Shown here in pieces: positions 16,483 to 24,545 of a DNA stretch of 24,545 nt. The translations under genes were made by a program, and so were the position numbers. The notes under the pieces are model-generated. The model did not search any database. It saw nothing but the letters and a program-made list of their open reading frames with translations, and was not told the origin of the DNA. Position 1 is the first letter of the stretch; each line of letters begins with the position of its first letter. The stretch comes from a virus (lineage: Duplodnaviria; Caudoviricetes): positions 1 through 24,545 of IMG/VR virus record IMGVR_UViG_3300020440_000080. The stretch is one strand, 5' to 3'.

Positions 16483-18204
16483 ATGGCAGCTATAATCACA
16501 AACAAATTAAGAATATTTAATGCTCAACAATTTTTAGAGTCTCTTGCTGAAGAAGCAGCTCTCTGGCAACAGAATTATGCATATGTAGAGGGAGATGTCG
16601 TACTCAATAACACAAACCTATATGTGTGTGTTGAGTCGGGAACAAGTGACTCAAGTGGTACGGGCCCCAGTGGAACTGGTACGGAAAACGATGGTACTGT
16701 AAAATGGGCATTTTATAATGTCTCTCTGTACAACAATTTATATATGGGTATCGGTAAACATACAGCTTGGCCAGACGATGCAAATCCACCAACTCCGATA
16801 GATTCAGTAGAAGGAAATAATACAGTAAAAGATGACTTAGTAGCCATGAAAAAAGTCGGTTCTAATACTGTATCTCTTGCAATCCCAAGAATTGATTGGA
16901 CAACTGGTAGAACTTATACAATGTATGAAGACTCAAATGCAGAAGCAATTATTCCTAATGGATATATTATAACACAAGGAACAAATCAGTATAACGTATA
17001 CAAATGTATTAATAACACTCAATGGCAAGATGCTAGTGTGGGGGTTCAACCAAAACCATCTACTGTGCAACCGACAGGTATTTCTACAAATTCTCTAGAA
17101 GAAACTGCTGATGGATATGTTTGGAAATTCATGTATAGAGTCACGTTAGATGACGCACTTAAATTTTTAACAAAAGATTATGTTCCAGTAAAAATTATTT
17201 CTGATGCTGTTGGTTCAAATCTTGCATCAAATAGTAATGATTATCCTCAATATCAAGTTCAAATCGATGCAGTGACTAATAATGGTTCTATCCAGTGGAT
17301 AAAAATTATTGATGATGATACAAACTCTGGACATGCTGGTGGTCAAGGATATCACCCAAATTTAGTAGGAACACATAATGTTGCAGCTGGTGATGCGAGT
17401 CCAGCAATAACTACTGCTGGATTGTCTGGAACGGAAGTTCAAACAACTGATGCATATAAGGGATATTCCCTAATTGTAACTCCAAGTGGCGGTGCAGCTT
17501 CTTTCCAAAGAAAAATTACTGGTAATACTTATTCGGGTGGAGTTCTAGAATTGACTCTAGAAAGTGCATTTGATTCAACAAATGATTATGCTAATGGAAA
17601 CGGTGCAAGTATTGTTATTGCACCAACTGTTGAAGTTACTGCTGGTTCTGGTACACAAGGAAGTGGATTTAAAGGATATGGATTAGTACAGGGTGACCAA
17701 CTTAAAAAAGTTGTTATAACAAATGGTGGAACACTATACACAACTGCAACAGCATTAGTTATTGCTGACAATGTTCCAGCAAGTACCACCTCTTGTAAAG
17801 TAAAACCAATCATATCACCAAACAAAAATCATGGATTTAATCCAGTAGAAGAATTGGGTGGATATTATGCAATGATTGCCATGAAGTTAGAATATGATGA
17901 ATCAGATGCTAGAACAAACGACAGTACACAAGCATCTACAACACAATCTGTTTTTCCTGTAAGTTTGGCAGAGGGTGTATTTAGACAGATAAGTATTATA
18001 ACAGACCCAACAGATAAAAATACAAATAGATTGGCGTATAACACAACATATAAAGGGCCGAAACACCCAACATACGGAACAGCAAACTTAACAAAATTTG
18101 ACATAGTAAGTGGAACAGGGAAAGTATTATATGTGGAAAATCGTCAACCAGTAGCAAGAGCAATAGACCAGATTGAAGACATAAAAGTTGTATTTGAGTT
18201 CTAG
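16483..18204 (+). CDS. gp8: Baseplate wedge subunit gp8
   Basis: MAAIIT.KLRIFNA..F, YMGIG, W......PP.P.D, MKKV, IPRIDW..G..Y.MY, YNVYKCI.N, DGYVWKFMY, GFNPVEELGG and G.VLYVENR.PV.RA.DQ.EDIKVVFEF motifs. Confidence 0.93.
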   Translation: MAAIITNKLRIFNAQQFLESLAEEAALWQQNYAYVEGDVVLNNTNLYVCVESGTSDSSGTGPSGTGTENDGTVKWAFYNVSLYNNLYMGIGKHTAWPDDANPPTPIDSVEGNNTVKDDLVAMKKVGSNTVSLAIPRIDWTTGRTYTMYEDSNAEAIIPNGYIITQGTNQYNVYKCINNTQWQDASVGVQPKPSTVQPTGISTNSLEETADGYVWKFMYRVTLDDALKFLTKDYVPVKIISDAVGSNLASNSNDYPQYQVQIDAVTNNGSIQWIKIIDDDTNSGHAGGQGYHPNLVGTHNVAAGDASPAITTAGLSGTEVQTTDAYKGYSLIVTPSGGAASFQRKITGNTYSGGVLELTLESAFDSTNDYANGNGASIVIAPTVEVTAGSGTQGSGFKGYGLVQGDQLKKVVITNGGTLYTTATALVIADNVPASTTSCKVKPIISPNKNHGFNPVEELGGYYAMIAMKLEYDESDARTNDSTQASTTQSVFPVSLAEGVFRQISIITDPTDKNTNRLAYNTTYKGPKHPTYGTANLTKFDIVSGTGKVLYVENRQPVARAIDQIEDIKVVFEF

Positions 18205-18235
18205 GTCGATAGAATTTAAAAAATAGAGAGAAAAC

Positions 18236-21200
18236 ATGGCCACAAATTTCAATGTTGCACCTTATTATGACGATTTTGACGTAAATAATGGATACTTGAG
18301 GATTCTATTCAAGCCGGGCGTATCAGTCCAAGCGAGAGAACTTACCCAACTACAAAGTATCCTTCAAAATCAGATAAAAAGCCTTTCAGACCACTTCTTT
18401 AAAGAAGGTGCAATGGTTGTGCCTGGCCAATCTGCTGTCGATTTCAAAGCGACTTATGTAAAAATAGATTTAAATGGAACTGGTTCATATACAAATGCAA
18501 ACGACTTTGTTGGAAGGACATTAACTGGCGGAACGTCTGGTATTAAGGCAATAGTTGTTCATTCGGAAGCATCAACAGGAACTGAGTCAACAGATGACCC
18601 AGATACAATTTATGTAAAATATCTTAAAGGAACATCTAGTTCTGGTACAAACGAAGGAGAATCTTTCGTACAGGGAACTAGTCTTGCATTTTTTGCTGGT
18701 GAAGTTTTAAGTACTGAAGCTGTAACAGGTCAGTCGGATTTTTCTTGTGTTGTGAGACCTACAAATGAAACTCCCACAGGGGTTGGTTCTATTGCATTTA
18801 TAGAATCAGGAATTTATTATGTTCAAGGACACATGGTTATAGTTGATACTCAATCTATCGTTCTTGACAAGTATACTAATACACCATCATATAAAATTGG
18901 TCTTCAAATAAATGAAAGTACAATTGATTACACTTCTAATACTTCAATATTAGATAATGCTCAAGGAACACCAAATTTTAATTCGCCTGGCGCTGATAGA
19001 TATAAAGTTCAACTTACTCTTCATAAAAGGGGAGTGGATGAACTCAATACAGAAAATTTCGTATCTCTAATAAGTGTTAGAACTGGTCAGATTGAGTCTG
19101 CCGTAAGGACTACAGAATATTCAGTATTAGAAGATACCCTCGCTAGAAGGACGTATGATGAGTCTGGCGACTATACAGTAAGACCATATAGATTAGACAT
19201 TAGAGAACTTTTAAACGAAGGTGGTAATCGTGGGGTCAGATCTGTAAATGATTTCCAATTTAATACAGAAGTAGAAGCAAAAGCAGCTGCAGTCAAAAAT
19301 TTTAGTGATGCAGTCGGTATGCAAGATTCTATCACTAATGCTGGACTTGCACATACAATATCTCCAGCAGACATTCAAAAATATCCAAATCAAAATTTAG
19401 ATGATACAGGTGCTAAATTTTATCCTGGCCGTACACACGACAACCTTGTAGATGCTTTACGAGCTAGAATAGGTTTAGGAGTAGAAACTGGTAAAGCATA
19501 TGTTCGGGGATATGAACTAGAAAATCTCTCAACTGTATTTGTAAATTATAAAAAGGCAAGAGATGATGTTCAAGAAAACAATTCATATTTACTCACAGAT
19601 CTTGGAAATTGTATCTATGTAACAGATGTTCATGGGTTGCCAGAATTAAACTCTAGTGTTAACTTATTGAATATTCATTCTGAAGGAATTACTGGATATA
19701 TAACTTCGAACTACAATTTATCTACTACAAGTCAATATGCCAATGATTTTGACCCAGAAACTGGAACATTCGCCGATGTCTCTAATACTCATGGTGCAGA
19801 TGTTATCGGGACTGCAAAAGTAAAATATATTCAATACTATAGTGCAGCTGGTTCTTATCAAGCAAATGATTCCTTTACAACTGGTGCGAATAAATTTGCT
19901 CCTTCTACAAATTCTGTAAATGCAGCCATTTACAAAGTATATCTTTATGACATAAAATTTGAACAAAATCCAACAACTTTAAGACCATATCAAATAACAG
20001 ATATGAGGTCTATTACTTCTCAAACAGATGTAACTGGAAGTTCATTAGTGAAAACTTTTAGTGGAAATACTCTAGTAGAATATACATTAACAGACGTAGA
20101 TACTATGCCGACTGTAAATAATATGATATATTCTCAGTTTCAAGATATAACAGTAAGGGGTATGATATATTATGTGGACTCTGGACGCCAGAATATTTTA
20201 GTTAAAAATGTCGGCGGTGGAAATTTCACTGATTTCTATCCTGTTAATAATTTCTTAAATCCTAGACTTTTTGAATTAAATGAAATTGTACAAGAAGTTG
20301 TCTATAATGCATCTGCTGGTACTGATGTTCAATTTTCTGGAACAACTGTATTTGAAAGAAAAACTGGTAATGCAAGAATTATTAATAGACAAGTTTTATT
20401 TGGTGCAAACGGAAACAGTCTTGTAGATACTGGAAAAGATTTTGTAAAAACAAATAGATTTGTCGATGACGAAAGTGGAAACTCAACTGTTGATACTACC
20501 TATACAGTTTTAAGAGAAGTTCAAACTACTGTTTTTCAAGGTAGTTCTGATTATAGAGTAGAAATACAAATAGGTAATTCTATACCAGAACAGTTTATGT
20601 CATTTAATCAATCATACTATTTTGTTTATATTCCAGCAGACAATTCATCGTCTTCTGCACAATCACTTGCATGTACTAATGCAAATGTGATAATATCTTC
20701 TGATTTTAAAACTTTAACAATTACTGGATTTCCTGCTGGCGCAAATGCAAAAACAGCCAGTGTATTTTTTCCAGTTATCAAACAAACTTCCAGAGAAAAA
20801 ACTAAAACTCTTAATGATGACACAGTAATTTTTCCATATACTGGTAAAGGTTTAGCTGGTCAAGATTTAGGTATTACTATTGCGTATGGAACAAATACTG
20901 ATGTTGCATGGGCAGGAAATAGTGGAGACATCCTTGGTCAGAAGGCAGTTAATAATGTTGTAAATCAATTTACAGACACCGCTGGTGCATTAATTGATAT
21001 GAAAACATTTCAATTGCAAAATTCTGATATTTACAAATTTAAGAAAATATATGATACAAATCTTACTAGTAATGTAATATACCAAGTTGATGTTATAGGA
21101 ACTCAGAAATTTATTCACGAAATGACTGCTGCCGAACTTTCCTTTGCAGCCACAGCATATGAGTGGTCAGTGCAAAATTCGGGTGCAAGTCCTTATACAA

Positions 21201-24200
21201 CAACATCTACTGGTGCTCCATTTATAACAGAAATAAATGCAGCCACGGCAGCTGGACAAACACCAGCTGGTGAATCAAATCAACCTATGCAAATCTACGA
21301 TATCACTGATAGATATGAATTAGATGATGGACAGAGGGGCGGATTTTATGATATAGGAACAATTAGTATATTGCCTGGCCAACAAAAAGTACAGGGTCGA
21401 GCTGCGATTGTTTATTCATATTTCTCTCATGGTTCTGGAGATTATTCTTCAGTAGATTCTTATGTTCCAAATTCTGGTATCACATATGAAGAGATTCCAA
21501 GTTTTCAAAAGAGAAGATTGTCTGATGTTCTAGACTTTAGACCATCAACTACTTTCTCTTTCAATACAAATTCATTATTGGGTAAAGGTATTTTATCTGG
21601 TGACCAACCAGAATTACCACTTGATACTTCAAATGTAATTACTGACTTTAGATACTATCAACCAAGAAAAGATTTATTATATCTTAATAGAAACGGTCAG
21701 TTTTTTGTCAAATATGGTGCGTCTGATGATAATCCTTCATACCCAGAAACCCCAGATGACGGTATGGTTCTATATCGTATAGAAGCAAATGCATATACTC
21801 TTAGTGTTAAAGATGTTCGTGCAGAAATGCTCGACAATAAAAGATATACGATGAGAGATATAGGTAAGCTCGAAGAAAGAATTAAAAGAATTGAATACTA
21901 TACAAGTTTAAGTCTTCTTGAAAAAGAAACTGAAGACATGTCTATTACAGATGAAAATGGTGTTGATAGATTTAAAAACGGTTTTGTTGTAGAACCATTT
22001 AGAGGATTCCAAATTGCAGATGTATTTGATAGAGACCTACAGTGTTCTATTGATTCTGCAAAGGGTGAATTAAGACCAAAAGCAAGTGAAAAAAATGTTC
22101 CTATGAAGTTCTGGCAAGCTGGTTCATCAGATTTCGCAAACAAAGATGGAAATCTGATGTTGCCATATATCAGTATATCTTCAATCAAACAAGACAAGGC
22201 ATCAAAGACTATCAACGTAAATCCATTTGCAATCTTTGGATTTCAAGGAAATATGAGACTTATTCCAGAGTCGGACGAATGGAGAGATGTACAATCAAGA
22301 CCAGATTTAGTTATTGATAGAGATGGTCAGTTTGACCAAATACAAGAACTTGCCGAAGAAGCTGGTATTTTAGGTACAGAGTGGAATAGTTGGCAAACAA
22401 CGTGGACAGGTTCTGATACAAGTACAAATACTTTTAATGAAACTAGACAACAATGGGATAGAAGAGGAAGACAAAATGGTTGGTCAAACCAATCTAGACA
22501 AATAACTCAAACAATCACAACTAATACTGGTTTTAATAGTAGGGATGGAATACAAACAGAAGTAGTTCCTAGAGTTGTAACGGAAAATCTTGGTGAAAGA
22601 ACTCTATCTACAGAAATTATTCCGTTTATTCGTTCTAGAACTATTTTCTTTAGGGTATCTGGATTAAAACCAGAAACTAGAATGTATCCATTCTTTGATG
22701 GTGTCGCTGTGGGTGACCATTGTTTTGTCGCAGAAGAAGTTGTTGTCTCTAGTATGACACAATCTGCTGCCTCATTTATAACTGCACAACAAAACGCTGT
22801 ACGGGCAGATGGTGGTCAAATATTTTTAAGAGGAAATTCCACTGGACATCAAACAAGAGTTTTTGATTTTGAATATCTAGATACAAATAGTGTTAGGTTT
22901 TTCTGTTTGAGTAACATCGATTCTTTATCTTTCTCGACAAGTGAACCTATGTTTTTCGTAACTGATACAGGTACTTCTGTTCGTGTGGGCAATTTTAGTA
23001 CTAGTATTAACTCAACTCCAAATCAAACTCTTTTAAGTGATGAGGGTGGTAATCTAAGAGGATTGTTTACAATTCCTAATAATAACAATCTAAGATTTAG
23101 AACTGGAGATAGACTCTTTAGATTGACAGACCAATTGTTAGTGACTTCAACAGATGGTGATACAGAAGCAGAAGCAAGATATACTGCAAGAGGATTGTTA
23201 GAAACTACTCAACAAACAATTGTCAACACAAGAATGGCAGATATTGTAAGGACTGCAAGAAATCAAAGAGGAAATTCAGTTACAAATCAAAATACCACGA
23301 ATAGTACTGGTGGGTGGGAAGAAACTGGATTCCAAACTGTTTTCTGGTCAGACCCACTTGCAGAAACTTTCTTGATTGATAAAAAGGGTGGAGAATTTAT
23401 CACTGCGATTGATTTATTTTTCTCAACAAAACCAACAGCAGATAATGGAATATCTGTAAAATGTGAAATCAGAAATACAGTAAACGGATATCCAGGCCAG
23501 AAAATTTTAGCAACAAAACAATTATCTCCAAGAGAAGTAAGTGTTTCTGAAGATGGTTCGATTCCAACCACGTTTACTTTTGACTCGCCTATACATGTAC
23601 AAGAAAATAACGAATACTGTTTTGTTGTTCTTGCAGACACACAGGATTATAGAATGTGGATTGCACGATTGGGTGAAGAGGATACTGGTGGTACAGGAAT
23701 TATTTCGAAACAACCTTATGCTGGTGTTTTCTTCAAGTCACAAAATGCTTCGACTTGGACTGCTGACCAAATGGAAGATATGAAGTTTGAAATTTATCGG
23801 GCTCAATTTGATACCACTAAACAATCAACTCTTTATTTCCAAAATAATCCAGTAGATAAAAATGGTTCAAGAACAGATTTCCAAGAACTATTAGGAAATT
23901 GTATAGAAACGACTGCTGGTTCTTCTGTAGTCAAATTCTATGTAAAGAATCACGATTTAGTTCCATCAAGATACAATAATAATCATTATTGGGTGACAAT
24001 TGCAAATCTAAAAACAAATGCATATTTCGGTGGAGGCCCAAGTGAAGGATTTTCTGGGGTAGAATTAAATGCAACTCATAAAGTTGTCGATACTACTTTA
24101 GATTCTTTTAGTATTGATATGAATAATCCAAGAAAATTAAGTGCTGCTGGAATCGGTATGGGTCTTCCTGTAGAACCCAGTTTAACAGAAGTAAGTGGTC

Positions 24201-24544
24201 TGGGAAGAACGGCAGTAACGTCTGGAATATTTCCTGCTGAACCACAACCGTCTACTGGTTCATCCGCTGGAAACTTAGTTGGTGAAAATTTGACAAGAGA
24301 AATTACAAATGCAGATGGAAGTACAACTGTACAACCAATTGCTGTCGCATTTACAAATAAAAAGTTTGATGTTATGATGCCTATTATTCAGAATATACAA
24401 CTTCCAGAAACTAATATCAGTATGTCAATGAAAACAACTTCTGGAACATCACAACATAGTGATTTAGCAGCTGGTGTTAAAGATGCATTATGGACTAGTT
24501 TTGTAAATATGGAGAACATCTATTTTAGAACACCAAGGTTTATT
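18236..24544 (+). CDS. Large virion structural protein, VrlC/DUF4815 family; partial, >2100 aa, runs off the window
   Basis: Not in the ORF track (no stop in window). Starts MATNFNVAPYYDDF...ILFKPGVSVQARELTQLQSILQNQI. Spot-checked landmarks in the same frame: PGADRYK, ARRTYDESGDYTV (19142), GKAYVRGYE, RYTMRDIGKLEERI..IEYYTSLSLLE (21842), RFKNGFVV, DPLAETF (about 23351), F.SQNASTWT.DQ.ED.KF, NIYFRTPR at the end. SD-like GAGAG upstream. Confidence 0.88.
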   Translation, partial: MATNFNVAPYYDDFDVNNGYLRILFKPGVSVQARELTQLQSILQNQIKSLSDHFFKEGAMVVPGQSAVDFKATYVKIDLNGTGSYTNANDFVGRTLTGGTSGIKAIVVHSEASTGTESTDDPDTIYVKYLKGTSSSGTNEGESFVQGTSLAFFAGEVLSTEAVTGQSDFSCVVRPTNETPTGVGSIAFIESGIYYVQGHMVIVDTQSIVLDKYTNTPSYKIGLQINESTIDYTSNTSILDNAQGTPNFNSPGADRYKVQLTLHKRGVDELNTENFVSLISVRTGQIESAVRTTEYSVLEDTLARRTYDESGDYTVRPYRLDIRELLNEGGNRGVRSVNDFQFNTEVEAKAAAVKNFSDAVGMQDSITNAGLAHTISPADIQKYPNQNLDDTGAKFYPGRTHDNLVDALRARIGLGVETGKAYVRGYELENLSTVFVNYKKARDDVQENNSYLLTDLGNCIYVTDVHGLPELNSSVNLLNIHSEGITGYITSNYNLSTTSQYANDFDPETGTFADVSNTHGADVIGTAKVKYIQYYSAAGSYQANDSFTTGANKFAPSTNSVNAAIYKVYLYDIKFEQNPTTLRPYQITDMRSITSQTDVTGSSLVKTFSGNTLVEYTLTDVDTMPTVNNMIYSQFQDITVRGMIYYVDSGRQNILVKNVGGGNFTDFYPVNNFLNPRLFELNEIVQEVVYNASAGTDVQFSGTTVFERKTGNARIINRQVLFGANGNSLVDTGKDFVKTNRFVDDESGNSTVDTTYTVLREVQTTVFQGSSDYRVEIQIGNSIPEQFMSFNQSYYFVYIPADNSSSSAQSLACTNANVIISSDFKTLTITGFPAGANAKTASVFFPVIKQTSREKTKTLNDDTVIFPYTGKGLAGQDLGITIAYGTNTDVAWAGNSGDILGQKAVNNVVNQFTDTAGALIDMKTFQLQNSDIYKFKKIYDTNLTSNVIYQVDVIGTQKFIHEMTAAELSFAATAYEWSVQNSGASPYTTTSTGAPFITEINAATAAGQTPAGESNQPMQIYDITDRYELDDGQRGGFYDIGTISILPGQQKVQGRAAIVYSYFSHGSGDYSSVDSYVPNSGITYEEIPSFQKRRLSDVLDFRPSTTFSFNTNSLLGKGILSGDQPELPLDTSNVITDFRYYQPRKDLLYLNRNGQFFVKYGASDDNPSYPETPDDGMVLYRIEANAYTLSVKDVRAEMLDNKRYTMRDIGKLEERIKRIEYYTSLSLLEKETEDMSITDENGVDRFKNGFVVEPFRGFQIADVFDRDLQCSIDSAKGELRPKASEKNVPMKFWQAGSSDFANKDGNLMLPYISISSIKQDKASKTINVNPFAIFGFQGNMRLIPESDEWRDVQSRPDLVIDRDGQFDQIQELAEEAGILGTEWNSWQTTWTGSDTSTNTFNETRQQWDRRGRQNGWSNQSRQITQTITTNTGFNSRDGIQTEVVPRVVTENLGERTLSTEIIPFIRSRTIFFRVSGLKPETRMYPFFDGVAVGDHCFVAEEVVVSSMTQSAASFITAQQNAVRADGGQIFLRGNSTGHQTRVFDFEYLDTNSVRFFCLSNIDSLSFSTSEPMFFVTDTGTSVRVGNFSTSINSTPNQTLLSDEGGNLRGLFTIPNNNNLRFRTGDRLFRLTDQLLVTSTDGDTEAEARYTARGLLETTQQTIVNTRMADIVRTARNQRGNSVTNQNTTNSTGGWEETGFQTVFWSDPLAETFLIDKKGGEFITAIDLFFSTKPTADNGISVKCEIRNTVNGYPGQKILATKQLSPREVSVSEDGSIPTTFTFDSPIHVQENNEYCFVVLADTQDYRMWIARLGEEDTGGTGIISKQPYAGVFFKSQNASTWTADQMEDMKFEIYRAQFDTTKQSTLYFQNNPVDKNGSRTDFQELLGNCIETTAGSSVVKFYVKNHDLVPSRYNNNHYWVTIANLKTNAYFGGGPSEGFSGVELNATHKVVDTTLDSFSIDMNNPRKLSAAGIGMGLPVEPSLTEVSGLGRTAVTSGIFPAEPQPSTGSSAGNLVGENLTREITNADGSTTVQPIAVAFTNKKFDVMMPIIQNIQLPETNISMSMKTTSGTSQHSDLAAGVKDALWTSFVNMENIYFRTPRFI

Positions 24545-24545
24545 G

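Noticed and set aside
8769-23783. All short minus-strand ORFs in this span, and 23541..23783(+)
   Set aside because: They lie wholly inside well-supported plus-strand structural genes (antisense or alternate frame), with no recognisable motifs or promoters.
1-24545. Stop-codon reassignment, introns/inteins, tRNA genes, CRISPR arrays, DGR-type repeats
   Set aside because: TAA, TAG and TGA all end genes at the expected family C-termini. Intergenic gaps are 64 nt or less. I saw no intein motifs or long nucleotide repeats by eye; a self dot-plot would be needed to exclude subtle ones.
5238-24545. Bacterial tailocin, eCIS or T6SS locus
   Set aside because: Head-related genes gp2 and gp4 and gp55-type late promoters indicate a genuine T4-like phage.

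Overview
The window is the baseplate/tail-assembly module of an AT-rich T4-like myovirus that resembles marine Kyanoviridae/pelagimyophage-type phages and uses the standard genetic code. Two operons diverge from a pair of T4 late promoters at about 5186-5213. Leftward: gp4, gp2, gp54, gp26, gp51-like ORF, a small membrane protein, and a probable tape-measure protein that runs off the 5' end. Rightward: gp48, gp53, gp27-like hub, gp5, gp25, gp6, gp7, gp8, and a >2100-aa VrlC/DUF4815 protein that runs off the 3' end. The two edge genes are missing from the ORF track. The most notable signal is a T_TTT_TTC slippery heptamer, with an upstream SD-like GAGGA, at the end of gp26. A -1 frameshift there would join gp26 to the gp51-like ORF, which has no credible start of its own, giving a lambda gpG/gpGT-style chaperone pair upstream of the tape measure. 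The second highlight is a gp5 spike that lacks the lysozyme domain and instead carries a C-terminal M15 zinc peptidase. All family assignments come from motif recognition and synteny; no searches were run.
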